Below, piece by piece: positions 16,286 through 25,725 of a stretch of DNA of 64,000 bases. Positions within the stretch are counted from its first letter, which is position 1. Every line of letters starts with the position of its first letter. The position numbers were made by a program, and so were the translations under genes. Source of the stretch: a virus (lineage: Duplodnaviria; Heunggongvirae; Uroviricota; Caudoviricetes); the IMG/VR virus record IMGVR_UViG_3300021963_008171, positions 10,995 to 74,994 of that record; one strand, written 5' to 3'. The notes below the pieces were generated by a model. It worked only from the letters and a program-made list of their open reading frames with translations. It was not told where the DNA came from and made no database searches.

Positions 16286-16368
16286 ACCCTCATTTTTACC
16301 CCATTTTTGAAACCTTTTTGTTTGCCTGTACTATAATATGTATATTTTAACAAACTAAATTTAAAAAA

Positions 16369-16569
16369 ATGGCAAACACAAAAAAGGCGGTAAAACGCAA
16401 AAACATGGTCCCAGTGGTACAAATGACTCCGGGTGGAAGAAAGTTAAAGAAGTATTCTTCTATTCGTGAGGCAGCAACATCAACAGGCACAGACGCAAGT
16501 AATATCTCAAAAGTTACTAGAGGCGTTTATAAAACTGCTGGTGGATTCCGTTGGCAAACCTCAAAGTAG
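16369..16569 (+). CDS. small DNA-binding protein, NUMOD1/IENR-type HTH-like (as found in homing-endonuclease DNA-binding modules)
   Basis: YSSIREAATSTGTDASNISKVTRGVYKTAGGFRWQ fits the f.Si.eAa..lgi....Is....g..k...Gf.W pattern. The N-terminus is basic. Confidence 0.5.
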   Translation: MANTKKAVKRKNMVPVVQMTPGGRKLKKYSSIREAATSTGTDASNISKVTRGVYKTAGGFRWQTSK

Positions 16570-16580
16570 TTTAAAACTAA

Positions 16581-16616
16581 ATACGGGACTTCATCATTTT
16601 TTTTGGAGTCCCGTAT
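16581..16616 (+). terminator. terminator-like hairpin
   Basis: ATACGGGACT (16581-16590) pairs with AGTCCCGTAT (16607-16616) to form a 10-bp stem with a T-rich loop, 12 nt after the stop of 16369..16569. Confidence 0.5.
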
Positions 16617-16634
16617 TGTTTATCCCTATCCCAG

Positions 16635-17333
16635 ATGATATACGATTTTCATGGAAATTTTTCTGAGATCTATCCGATACCAAAGGATTCTTTAAAAAGA
16701 CCAGACAGGGAAAGATGGGGGTATTATTGGGATTTTGAAGATTATATAATAGAGCATGAGCCCGGCAGGGGATTATCAATACAGGGAATTCTTTTGACCG
16801 ATCCTGATGATTTTAAACTGTTCTCTGGTTTATTTCAAAGAGCATTTAGGATGTCAACGATAAATGCAAAGCTGAAAAATTTTCACATTGTAAATTTCAC
16901 GGATTTTGATGATTCTCCAGAATTTGAATCATCCTATATAAGCAACTCCGTATCTGGTCTGAGCTCTGAGATAGATGAAAAGATAGAAAGAATGGGAAAT
17001 CTCTTTGAAGAGATCAGGAATTCAATTAAAAGAAGGGATGGGGTTTGGATATCCCTTTGTCCATATTGGACTGATTTAATCCACGAGGAGACCCAAAGAT
17101 TCTGGGGGGACGACATAAAGGTTTTTAGACTTCCAGTAGAGTATTCCCCTATGAATTTCAAAGAGCTTTGGGAAGAGCTTGATGTTATGGGAGGTCTTAG
17201 ATTTGAAAAAGATATGATGTGGGAGGATTTCTCATTCATGTACCCACAATTTGTCAAATACTTAGATCCGGAGATTAGACAGAGGATAGACACAGATTTT
17301 CTGGGAACAAGCTCAGAATACGGACTCCTGTAG
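16635..17333 (+). CDS. hypothetical protein
   Basis: 232-codon ATG ORF. The antisense ORF 16934..17395 is judged a shadow. Confidence 0.55.
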   Translation: MIYDFHGNFSEIYPIPKDSLKRPDRERWGYYWDFEDYIIEHEPGRGLSIQGILLTDPDDFKLFSGLFQRAFRMSTINAKLKNFHIVNFTDFDDSPEFESSYISNSVSGLSSEIDEKIERMGNLFEEIRNSIKRRDGVWISLCPYWTDLIHEETQRFWGDDIKVFRLPVEYSPMNFKELWEELDVMGGLRFEKDMMWEDFSFMYPQFVKYLDPEIRQRIDTDFLGTSSEYGLL

Positions 17334-17528
17334 AAGAAAGGATAGATACAGCAAGATGGAAAGGATATAGCATTAATTAAACAGCCATTTAACAATTAGT
17401 TAGGTGATTTTTAATAAATCTTCTATCCCAAAATTCCATCCTCCCCAATTTATCGGCACATAAAACGGCAATCCAGAGAAATCCAGATTGCTACAAATGA
17501 TGACCTTGGGGATCATATAAAACAATAG

Positions 17529-17966
17529 ATGGAAGAGAAAGAATTGAGTGGGAAGGTAGTAACTACCACAGAAACAGACGAAAGTGTGGAATCAACACAC
17601 GAAACTACCTCGAGCAAAGGTAAAATGACAGACTTAGATGTTGCTAAGAAAATGATCAATTTAAAACAAAGCGCAGATGCTAGAAACATTAAATTTGATT
17701 TATCCTTCACAACATTAAAGAAACTGATGGAGCAGAAAAAATGCTTCTATACAGGAAGGGTTTTAGATCCAAGAGGGGATTATGCATTAAGCATAGACAG
17801 AATCGATAACAAATTAGGATATGTGGAAGGTAACGTCGTTTCCTGTACTGTTGAAATAAACAGAAAGAAAACCGACATTACATTGGATGAAATTGAAATG
17901 ATCTATAAGGCTATAAAAAAAGCCAAAAAAGGAATTTTTGAATCTGATGAAAACGGAGATAACTAG
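17529..17966 (+). CDS. HNH endonuclease-like protein
   Basis: ALSIDRIDNKLGYVEGNVVSCTVEINRKK matches the HNH_3-type pattern (sIDRIDn..gY...Nv......N..K). Confidence 0.55.
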   Translation: MEEKELSGKVVTTTETDESVESTHETTSSKGKMTDLDVAKKMINLKQSADARNIKFDLSFTTLKKLMEQKKCFYTGRVLDPRGDYALSIDRIDNKLGYVEGNVVSCTVEINRKKTDITLDEIEMIYKAIKKAKKGIFESDENGDN

Positions 17967-18375
17967 GGAGAACGTTGAAAAATCGTTTTTAAGTATGCTC
18001 GGATTAGAGTCCGGAGAGATTCTTTTTGAATCTCTCTGGAATCATTTTGTTGACCGGGGAGATTTTATTAATGTTGTTCTTTTAGACGGAAGTCCTCTTT
18101 ATAATAGCGAGGGATATCATTTAAAGCCAGTCTATTTGGATCCTGAAACCAGCGATAGCACGTATGATATATTTTATACGCCTTCGGAAATACCTGAGAA
18201 ATTCAGGGGCAAGATTGGTAATTACTACTATATCACAGGGAAAATAAGATTTATGGACGATGGTGGTCCCGCTTCAGATCTTATAGTATACGCAAGGAGA
18301 AAGAATAAAAACGGGGAATGGAAAAAATCCCACAATCAATTAATAGTCTATAAAATAAGACAAAAAGAAGAATAG
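17947..18375 (+). CDS. hypothetical protein
   Basis: ATG 17947 is in frame with track ORF 17938 (which starts at TTG). 142 codons. Confidence 0.5.
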   Translation: MKTEITRENVEKSFLSMLGLESGEILFESLWNHFVDRGDFINVVLLDGSPLYNSEGYHLKPVYLDPETSDSTYDIFYTPSEIPEKFRGKIGNYYYITGKIRFMDDGGPASDLIVYARRKNKNGEWKKSHNQLIVYKIRQKEE

Positions 18376-18394
18376 AAATCTAAAGAAAAAGAAT

Positions 18395-18766
18395 ATGAAT
18401 ATTTCAGACATTAATTTAAAAAATGCCAGGATTATTCTAGATTGGTGCTACCAAAATCTGGGTAGATCAAAGTACAGACCATATTCCAAATTAAAGATTT
18501 CAATGTCAAGAAGCATAAATTGTAAGGGAATGTACGAGGAGGAAGGCGATTCAAGTACCATATACATTAATCCCAAAAGACACAGGAGCTTTAATGAATT
18601 CATAGACACCATGATTCACGAGTATATCCATTTCTTGCAAAGCCTAAGATACTACGATCAAATCATGGAGATAACTGGATACGACAAGCATCCGATGGAG
18701 CATTCCTCAAATCTGGTAGCGGACATTCTTAAGCACAGATGCAGAAAAGAGCTTTTCAGCCGCTAA
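18395..18766 (+). CDS. hypothetical protein with an HExxH motif (MIHEYIHFLQ); SprT-like?
   Basis: One HEYIH motif in a 123-aa protein. Confidence 0.45.
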   Translation: MNISDINLKNARIILDWCYQNLGRSKYRPYSKLKISMSRSINCKGMYEEEGDSSTIYINPKRHRSFNEFIDTMIHEYIHFLQSLRYYDQIMEITGYDKHPMEHSSNLVADILKHRCRKELFSR

Positions 18767-18819
18767 TTTTTTTATACCGGGATATTCCCCTATATTTACA
18801 TTCTAAATGGAAATATTTT

Positions 18820-19230
18820 ATGGATTCAAAAGGTAAACAATGGTCTTCTGAGGAGATCGATTTTCTGAAGAAAAATTACGAAGCGATGAAATTTAAGGAT
18901 CTTTCAGAAAGCCTCGAAAGAAGCATAGAAAGCATCAGATCTAAGTTAAAAAGAATGGGCCTTTCAAAGGAGGCAAAAACACCTGGACCTAAGAATACTA
19001 TTATAGTTAAGGGTCTGATAGGAAAGGCTGCTAAACCAGATCCCAAGAATGGAAGAATCCCGAGAAGTAGAAAACAGTTTGAAACACTAACTAACGATAA
19101 GAAAATGATTCCAGTTTATATAGATTCAAAAACCACGATCTATATAAAAGAAGGGGAGGATCCACAGGCTGCTAGGGAGAAGTACTTTGCTAGAATGGCA
19201 GAAAGAACAGCTCCAATAGTGCATTTTTAA
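18820..19230 (+). CDS. Myb/SANT-like putative DNA-binding protein
   Basis: ATG 18820 is in frame with track ORF 18739. WSSEEIDFLKKNYEAMKFKDLSESLERSIESIRSKLKRMGL resembles a single Myb-like repeat. Confidence 0.4.
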   Translation: MDSKGKQWSSEEIDFLKKNYEAMKFKDLSESLERSIESIRSKLKRMGLSKEAKTPGPKNTIIVKGLIGKAAKPDPKNGRIPRSRKQFETLTNDKKMIPVYIDSKTTIYIKEGEDPQAAREKYFARMAERTAPIVHF

Positions 19231-19247
19231 TTATGAGTATCCTACCT

Positions 19248-19255
19248 TATCTTTG
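19248..19255 (+). promoter_or_regulatory. TATCTTTG = TAnnTTTG -7 box
   Basis: 9 nt upstream of ATG 19265, in a 34-nt intergenic gap. Confidence 0.4.
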
Positions 19256-19264
19256 CATTAACAT

Positions 19265-19606
19265 ATGAAGGTATACCACATTTCGCCTAAAAGATTAAGA
19301 AAAAACATTTTACAAGAGGGATTAAAACCAACACTGGGACCTAGATCTAAAAGATTGGGAGAAAAAGAAGCTAAGCTTTTTTTCACCAAAGAATTAAATC
19401 ACTCTGTGGAATTGAGCAACAATAAAAGATTCAACAGACATCCGGATTTTTCTAACGGAATTGATATTTGGGAGATTAAGCTATCTGACAAAGTTAAAAT
19501 AGAAAATGATATGAAATTTAATGATGGATTCTACACTAGAGAAATAGTAGGTGTTCTTGATATAGAACTTGTGAAATCTTTCGAATGGATGGACAAACAA
19601 AACTAG
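19265..19606 (+). CDS. hypothetical protein
   Basis: 113-codon ATG ORF. Confidence 0.55.
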   Translation: MKVYHISPKRLRKNILQEGLKPTLGPRSKRLGEKEAKLFFTKELNHSVELSNNKRFNRHPDFSNGIDIWEIKLSDKVKIENDMKFNDGFYTREIVGVLDIELVKSFEWMDKQN

Positions 19607-19610
19607 AATT

Positions 19611-19859
19611 ATGAAAAATTGGATAAAACATAAAAACAAAACGATAAATCTCAATAATGTTTTCTCGTACAGTAGTGGTTTATTCGAGAGATTAACAGAT
19701 TTTCAGAGCAATAAATCCGAGACTGTTTATTACATACAATTCGATTCAACTGGGAAAGAAAGTCAGCGATTCGAATTTGAATCTGCACAAGAAAGGGATG
19801 AATTCCTTACCCTCCTAGAAGATAAAATCAATGAAACTTCGGGTGATTCTGTGATATAA
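19611..19859 (+). CDS. hypothetical protein
   Basis: 82-codon ATG ORF, 4 nt after the previous stop. Confidence 0.5.
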   Translation: MKNWIKHKNKTINLNNVFSYSSGLFERLTDFQSNKSETVYYIQFDSTGKESQRFEFESAQERDEFLTLLEDKINETSGDSVI

Positions 19860-19879
19860 TAAGCATATAACATGCTGTA

Positions 19880-20245
19880 TTGAAAAGGTCAGAGCACTAC
19901 GAGGATTATCCTAAACCGGTTTCAGAATTGACAGAAAAGCTATTAGATGGCTTAGAAGAAGAGAATTTTTTCGAAACTGAACACGCAGATTACAACATCA
20001 CTTTTAGAAGATTCGCAGATTCCGCTTTAAAGAAGTGGATCAAGGGCGATGATATGGATGATTTTACAGAGGAGGAATTTTCTCAAATCCTCCGATTCTC
20101 CATGGTAGAAACAGATCTATTAAGAATGAGTGAAAGGGGATTGCTTGACTCTATAGAAGATTCCAATGGCGAAGCTATGTATTTCTTAACCGACAAGGGT
20201 AAGAAAGAGATAGAAACACTAGTGGAAAAGGAAAAATCCAAATAA
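19880..20245 (+). CDS. hypothetical acidic protein
   Basis: 121 codons with a TTG start only. Confidence 0.45.
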   Translation: MKRSEHYEDYPKPVSELTEKLLDGLEEENFFETEHADYNITFRRFADSALKKWIKGDDMDDFTEEEFSQILRFSMVETDLLRMSERGLLDSIEDSNGEAMYFLTDKGKKEIETLVEKEKSK

Positions 20246-20308
20246 ATTAATCTGGGCATTTACTGAAATAAAATTCATTTCTCCTACTAATATAGAGAAA
20301 GGTAAAGA

Positions 20309-20536
20309 ATGAATAATTTATCATGGTCTTCCGAAGATTCTGCTTCAAAAAAAGCTCAGACAAAGAAGGAGGAAGTAAAGAAAAAGAGGATAGATTACAA
20401 GAAGGAAATAGAGGATCTAGAAAAGATCCATAAGAGAATTCTAGATAAGTACGAACTTCATGCACACAACAAGGTGTCCAATGCTATGATTGATATAAAA
20501 GGAGCCATTGAGAATCTGAAAAAATTTGAGCAATAG
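20309..20536 (+). CDS. hypothetical Lys/Glu-rich protein
   Basis: 75-codon ATG ORF. Confidence 0.45.
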   Translation: MNNLSWSSEDSASKKAQTKKEEVKKKRIDYKKEIEDLEKIHKRILDKYELHAHNKVSNAMIDIKGAIENLKKFEQ

Positions 20537-20537
20537 C

Positions 20538-20753
20538 ATGAACCTTCCCGATAAGATAACTCAGAGTGACATCAAGGCAGCCTCCCTGAAATTCGTAAAA
20601 GAGAGGTTTGGTTTTGTGAACTTGAGATCTGCAGAATCTTATGATATAAATCTTAAATCACATAGGGTATCATACGAGGTTGGTATGATACAAACCCTGG
20701 AAAAAATGGGATACAGAAAGAAGGGGAATTCTTACCTGTACGGAGGAGAGTAA
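20538..20753 (+). CDS. hypothetical protein
   Basis: ATG 20538 is in frame with track ORF 20526 (TTG start) and lies 1 nt after the previous stop. Confidence 0.45.
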   Translation: MNLPDKITQSDIKAASLKFVKERFGFVNLRSAESYDINLKSHRVSYEVGMIQTLEKMGYRKKGNSYLYGGE

Positions 20754-20781
20754 AATCCCTCCACAATATAACGTATTTTAA

Positions 20782-21189
20782 ATGAGCGAATCGAAGTTCA
20801 GAGTTCTTTCAAAAGAAAAATTACTTTCCTACAAAGAAAGCCATTATCTAACTGTCGGAAGACTTTTAGAATTTATTAAGGAAAATAACATTCCTGAGGA
20901 TGCATTAGTTGTATCCCAAAGGGTGGAAGATATCTACTACGAAACTCACAATTGGGGCGTATATGTCAAAGAAGGATATCATTCACATTGGATGAAAGAT
21001 ATGAATCGAAAAATAGACGAAGGTGTATTTGATGACAAGGAAGAATTTCCTATGATCACAGAGGAGATGAAAAGGAAATTTACAGAAGATGAAATAGCTG
21101 AAGCACACGAGCAATATCATCCGGTTTGGTGTCCTGTATTATACAAGGACGACAAAGACGATATACTTTTTTTAGATCTACATTATTAG
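20782..21189 (+). CDS. hypothetical protein
   Basis: 135-codon ATG ORF. Confidence 0.55.
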   Translation: MSESKFRVLSKEKLLSYKESHYLTVGRLLEFIKENNIPEDALVVSQRVEDIYYETHNWGVYVKEGYHSHWMKDMNRKIDEGVFDDKEEFPMITEEMKRKFTEDEIAEAHEQYHPVWCPVLYKDDKDDILFLDLHY

Positions 21190-21192
21190 CAT

Positions 21193-21915
21193 ATGTCAAA
21201 AAGAAAAGTCTGTATAATCATTCCATCCAGAATGAATAGTTCTAGATTTCCCAATAAACCACTGGTTGATATTGATGGCAAATCCATGATAAGGAGAGTA
21301 TACGAAAAATGCTCTGCATCCATAGCAGATTCAGTGGCGGTTGCAACCGAGGATAAATCCATATACAATCACGTAACCGAATTTGGAAACTGTCACTTAA
21401 CCGATAAATTTGATAACGGAACATTAAGGGTTTGTCAGGTTGCTCAGATGCTGGAAGACTTCGATTATATTATCAACGTTCAGGGTGACGAGCCTTTCTT
21501 AGATTTGTCCTTTCTGAATAGATTTATTTCAGATTTATCCTGGATCAAAAGCGGAGAAATTTTAACAGGTGCAGAGGATAATTCCCTAATGACAGAAGAA
21601 CAAATGATCAATCCAAATGCAGTTAAATTCATAGCATCCGATGGCCTTGTTTCAGGATTCACAAGAAGCCCGATATTCAAGCCAACCAAGAACATATTTA
21701 AGCACATAGGAATATACGGATTCTGCTCTTCCGATATTAAATTGATAGCATCAATGGAGCCTAGTGATCTTTCAAAAAGAGATTCGCTAGAACAAATAAC
21801 CTGGATGGAAAGGGGCTTTAATTTTAAGTATACGGTGTGTTACAATAAAGCCATATCTATAGATACCCCTGAGGATTTAAGCTTAGCTATGAGCGTCTTT
21901 TTGCCCTCTAAATAG
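21193..21915 (+). CDS. kdsB: 3-deoxy-manno-octulosonate cytidylyltransferase (CMP-Kdo synthetase)-like
   Basis: Aligns by eye along its whole length with E. coli KdsB: IIIPSRMNSSRFPNKPLVDIDGKSMI, VAVATED, NVQGDEPFL, NPNAVKF, HIGIYGF, LEQ, IDTPEDL. Confidence 0.85.
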   Translation: MSKRKVCIIIPSRMNSSRFPNKPLVDIDGKSMIRRVYEKCSASIADSVAVATEDKSIYNHVTEFGNCHLTDKFDNGTLRVCQVAQMLEDFDYIINVQGDEPFLDLSFLNRFISDLSWIKSGEILTGAEDNSLMTEEQMINPNAVKFIASDGLVSGFTRSPIFKPTKNIFKHIGIYGFCSSDIKLIASMEPSDLSKRDSLEQITWMERGFNFKYTVCYNKAISIDTPEDLSLAMSVFLPSK

Positions 21916-21943
21916 AGAAAAATCCATTACATTTAGGATAAAT

Positions 21944-22426
21944 ATGGAAGTGAGAATTTACATAGATCTTGACGGCACAGTGTGCGATCTTAAATCTGCA
22001 GTTAATAAATACAGGGAGCAGAATTCGAACGACATCGAATCGATCAACTACAAATATCCGTGGTCTATACCCGGATTTTTTCTTGATCTGCAACCACTTC
22101 CTCTAGCAATAGAATCCGTTAATTTTCTAAAGAAAAATCACGATGTTTGGTTCTTGAGTAGACCATCTTTTAAAAACACAAACTCTTATACGGAAAAGGC
22201 AGAATGGGTCAAAAAACATTTTGGCTATGAGATGCAGAGAAAATTAATATTATGTGGGGATAAATCTCTACTAAAAGGAAAGATCCTAATCGACGATGCA
22301 GAAAATGCTAAGCAAGATATGTTTGACGGAGTGTGGTTAAAGATAGGATCCGAGCAATATCCTGATTGGGAAAGCATTCTCCCGAGGATCCAAGAAATAT
22401 CAGAATTGGGGATAAATAGCTTATAA
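21944..22426 (+). CDS. HAD-superfamily 5'(3')-deoxyribonucleotidase-like phosphatase
   Basis: Motif I IYIDLDGTVCDL; the distal motif is KGKILIDD. Size and pattern fit the NT5C family. Confidence 0.6.
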   Translation: MEVRIYIDLDGTVCDLKSAVNKYREQNSNDIESINYKYPWSIPGFFLDLQPLPLAIESVNFLKKNHDVWFLSRPSFKNTNSYTEKAEWVKKHFGYEMQRKLILCGDKSLLKGKILIDDAENAKQDMFDGVWLKIGSEQYPDWESILPRIQEISELGINSL

Positions 22427-22435
22427 GATTTTCTT

Positions 22436-22741
22436 ATGGCTAGAATGATTAGAAGATTCAGTTTCGACTCTGGTGATGTTACACTAGACACCCTAGTTGG
22501 CACTAACGACAGAGAAATAGTATATGAGATACTGAGAGGAATATTTTATGGGATTGCATCGGGGCATGAATCAGTAGAACTCTTTGAAATCAAAACAGTT
22601 TGCGGTAATCAGGTTTTTGCAATAAACAGAAAGCAATGGGGTAAAGCTCTGGAGAGATGTTTGGAATCCATGATAGAGGAGGAGGATTATGAGACGTGCT
22701 CTGAAATACAAAAAGCTTTAGATATAGTTAAGAATATATAA
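22436..22741 (+). CDS. hypothetical protein
   Basis: 101-codon ATG ORF. Confidence 0.5.
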   Translation: MARMIRRFSFDSGDVTLDTLVGTNDREIVYEILRGIFYGIASGHESVELFEIKTVCGNQVFAINRKQWGKALERCLESMIEEEDYETCSEIQKALDIVKNI

Positions 22742-22745
22742 GGTA

Positions 22746-22988
22746 ATGAAGCATATTAGAATTTTTGAAGAGTACGATCCTAATTACAATCCTTATCCTT
22801 ATAAGGTTCTTAATCCTGGGCAGATCCAGCACTATCGTCAAGTTTTTAGACTTAGACCTGCCAAAGATGTAGACTATGCCTGGAAAATACTTGATACGGT
22901 CGAGAAAAACGAAGGTAAGGTTTCACTTAAGCAGTGGAATGTAATCCAAAGAACATATCACGGAGGAAATTATCCGGTTAATTATTAA
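22746..22988 (+). CDS. hypothetical protein with the recurrent N-terminal motif (MKHIRIFEEY)
   Basis: 80-codon ATG ORF. Confidence 0.5.
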   Translation: MKHIRIFEEYDPNYNPYPYKVLNPGQIQHYRQVFRLRPAKDVDYAWKILDTVEKNEGKVSLKQWNVIQRTYHGGNYPVNY

Positions 22989-23629
22989 TGAAGCACCTAT
23001 TAGAATATCTTGATTTCAGTGAGCTTTCCCCGGAAGCAGCAAACAATGCCATAGAAAAGGTCAGACAGGAAAGATACGAAGATTATGATATTTGTGATTG
23101 GGTAGTTGATGATTCTGAATTATTCGAGCCGCCACATAAAGAAATGTCACAGCTTTTTGGGGAGGATTATTATGAATCCAATGGAGATCGATTCATGATC
23201 GAGAATGAATCACCCAAAAAAATCAGCTTTGTTGGAAAACAGGATCAGAACCACTACCTCCACTGCTCAAAGGCGATGGAAGTAAGTAATGACAATCTTT
23301 TTTTAAGATGGCTAGGTATACCCCCAAAATTTTTTAAATATATTTATTATTCATTTATAGACGGGGGACTTGGATATTCTGGCTCAAATACTGCAATAGC
23401 TTTTGAAATCGAAGACCATCAAGAGTTTGAAGAAAGATTCGGGTCACAAGGAGAAACAATCCTCGCAGAGTATTTTGAAAAAGCAGAAAAGAAATTTGAT
23501 TCACACATGGATTATGTTCTGACCAAGATCTCATCTTGCATAGATTCCCAATACGAAGACGATGCAATAATAGACCACATAGAATCCAATGAGATTACCT
23601 TTGACGAAGAAGGCAATCCAATAAGATAG
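22988..23629 (+). CDS. hypothetical acidic protein with the recurrent N-terminal motif (MKHLLEYLDF)
   Basis: TAATG overlap with the previous gene. 213 codons. Confidence 0.55.
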   Translation: MKHLLEYLDFSELSPEAANNAIEKVRQERYEDYDICDWVVDDSELFEPPHKEMSQLFGEDYYESNGDRFMIENESPKKISFVGKQDQNHYLHCSKAMEVSNDNLFLRWLGIPPKFFKYIYYSFIDGGLGYSGSNTAIAFEIEDHQEFEERFGSQGETILAEYFEKAEKKFDSHMDYVLTKISSCIDSQYEDDAIIDHIESNEITFDEEGNPIR

Positions 23630-23658
23630 TTACATTTTAAAGTTCGGGGAAATTATTT

Positions 23659-23666
23659 TATATTTG
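23659..23666 (+). promoter_or_regulatory. TATATTTG = TAnnTTTG -7 box
   Basis: 27 nt upstream of the TTG start at 23694. Confidence 0.4.
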
Positions 23667-23693
23667 TAGATATAATATGTTAAACCCGAAGAA

Positions 23694-24431
23694 TTGAGCC
23701 AGAAAGATATAAATTTTGATAGATTAAAATTAGATCCGTCTGATGGAATTCTAAAGATAACAAAATCCAAACAATTTAAGGAAATACCATATATTGATGT
23801 TAATCAACACATCGAGGAATCTGTCATTTGGGCTGTTAAGAACGAATTTCAAAGAAACGGAAGGGTTCTTGATAAAGTGATAAAAAATTCAATCATCGGA
23901 AAACTTGGTGAATTTGCAGTCTATCATTTTTTAGATAGAATGGGATATCTTCCTGGATATCCAGATCTTAGAATAATAGAAAAAGGCGAAAGCAAGAATG
24001 ACGGTGGATACGATCTAAAAATTCTTAATAAGTATTACATCAACGTAAAAACATCAACAGGAGGATCCAATACACTTCTCTTAAAAAAAAGTCATTTCGA
24101 TTCCTTGGGAAATTGTGTATATAGAAAATCACCAGAAGATCCTCCGTGCCAATATTTTTTTCTATGCAGGATAAATCCAGATCTAAAAAAAATTAATCTG
24201 GATGATTGGACTGATATCGATTCCGTTGCTAGAGAACTATCACAATTAAGATTTAGGTGTGACATACCTGGATTTTTGACAATAGATGATTTTAGAAAAA
24301 TCATCTTAGAGAAGGTCACAATAAATACTGGACAAATGTTAGCAGTGAAGGATTTTAAATTCGACGAGGATAACTATTATTGTCAGACTGGAAATCTTAG
24401 AGATATAGAACAAATTAAAAAATATGGTTGA
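23694..24431 (+). CDS. hypothetical protein, possible PD-(D/E)xK nuclease fold
   Basis: GEFAVYHFL...DGGYDLKILNKYYINVKTS loosely fits a D...(D/E)xK arrangement. A TTG start is the only option near the 5' end. Confidence 0.4.
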   Translation: MSQKDINFDRLKLDPSDGILKITKSKQFKEIPYIDVNQHIEESVIWAVKNEFQRNGRVLDKVIKNSIIGKLGEFAVYHFLDRMGYLPGYPDLRIIEKGESKNDGGYDLKILNKYYINVKTSTGGSNTLLLKKSHFDSLGNCVYRKSPEDPPCQYFFLCRINPDLKKINLDDWTDIDSVARELSQLRFRCDIPGFLTIDDFRKIILEKVTINTGQMLAVKDFKFDEDNYYCQTGNLRDIEQIKKYG

Positions 24432-25134
24432 TATAGTAATACTTAGTTGCTCTGCAAATGATGAATTAAAAAAGCAAACTACCGATTGCCTCGATTCCCT
24501 ATTTTTATCAGAGAACGATTCGGAAAATTTATTCAACGTCATAGTATTGGAATCCGAAGATTCCGTTAATTGGAATTCTTATCCAAACACCAAAACATAT
24601 AAATCTCCAGAGCCATATGGATACCACAAGTACATGAACTATGGCAGAAAACTTGGAATCAATGAATATGTCTGCTTATGTAATAATGATCTCATATTTT
24701 ATAAGGGATGGGCTTCTCATATTCTAGAATTATCTAAGGCACACCCAGGTATACTTTCATTTTCCCCAATATGTCCGAGAACCCAGCCTCTGTACGGAAT
24801 ACAACCAAATTCTGAAAATTATCTTGGATATGAAATAAGAAAGCATATTTCTGGTTGGTGCATATTTCAGAAAAGAGAAATTTATGAAATTATTGGGGAT
24901 CTTGACGAGAGCTTTACCCACTGGTTCTCTGATAATGATTATGCTTTAACCCTGTACACAAAAGGCATTCAGCACTGTTTAGTTACGCATTCCATAGTGG
25001 AACATCACGACAAAAATGTCGGAAAAACTGGACCTGCAGTATTATCAGACTCCGAGATGTATAATATGACAAGCGGAAGCCAAGATTTATTCACTAGGAA
25101 ATGGGATTCCTATTTCTCACAAATCGGTAAATAA
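24424..25134 (+). CDS. glycosyltransferase family 2-like
   Basis: N-terminus VDIVILSCSANDELKKQTTDCLDSL...VIVLESEDS fits the usual GT2 start. Acidic motifs NNDLIF and SDNDYAL lie downstream. Confidence 0.5.
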   Translation: MVDIVILSCSANDELKKQTTDCLDSLFLSENDSENLFNVIVLESEDSVNWNSYPNTKTYKSPEPYGYHKYMNYGRKLGINEYVCLCNNDLIFYKGWASHILELSKAHPGILSFSPICPRTQPLYGIQPNSENYLGYEIRKHISGWCIFQKREIYEIIGDLDESFTHWFSDNDYALTLYTKGIQHCLVTHSIVEHHDKNVGKTGPAVLSDSEMYNMTSGSQDLFTRKWDSYFSQIGK

Positions 25135-25193
25135 TTCAGATTTATTTGAAAATCCAAACAGGTTTTGATCTATAGTAATGAATATGGATTTTA

Positions 25194-25682
25194 ATGTTTA
25201 GGATATCCTTTAGAATTTCACCATTCCAAGAATTTAACGTTGGATCCCTGGTTGCTTACCGGGACGAAAATCTAGTGGATTACATAAGGGAAACCCTTTA
25301 TTCTAGATCCAATTTTTTCTACATTGAATCAGTTGATTGGCAAAAATATGAATGCAAAATATCTAATGGTATAGACTCTATCATGTCAACCCCAGACCAA
25401 CTCATAGAGGTGGTTTCTTATATAGAAAAGATCGAGATGAACGGAATAAGATCTATGAAATTTTCAGAGAATACCGTTGAAAATGTTGCTAGATGGCAAG
25501 ATGATTTTGACAATAGAGAATCCTATATTTTGGAGGATCAAAAAATGGGAGTATTTCTCGAAAATGTTGAAATACCGAGGGATTATTTTTCCTTAGCGAA
25601 TAAAATAATTAATGTCAATTCCAAGATTAAAAATTATATAGTTGCCCGGTTTGACGACGAGGTAATTCATAGTCTCCTTTGA
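25194..25682 (+). CDS. hypothetical protein
   Basis: 162-codon ATG ORF. Confidence 0.5.
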   Translation: MFRISFRISPFQEFNVGSLVAYRDENLVDYIRETLYSRSNFFYIESVDWQKYECKISNGIDSIMSTPDQLIEVVSYIEKIEMNGIRSMKFSENTVENVARWQDDFDNRESYILEDQKMGVFLENVEIPRDYFSLANKIINVNSKIKNYIVARFDDEVIHSLL

Positions 25683-25725
25683 GATAGATACAAGAATCAA
25701 TCAGATAAAATATAAATTTAGAAAA

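Noticed and set aside
16466-16779. Track ORFs 16466..16666 (+) and 16594..16779 (-)
   Set aside because: They span the terminator hairpin 16581-16616 and overlap better-supported genes (16369..16569 and 16635..17333).
16934-17395. Long antisense ORFs: 16934..17395 (-), 30269..30586 (-), 41727..42110 (-), 51329..51781 (+), and many shorter ones inside longer genes
   Set aside because: Each is embedded antisense in a longer ORF that has recognisable motifs or fits the operon packing. Their Ser/Leu/Ile/Phe-rich compositions are typical of shadows in AT-rich DNA.
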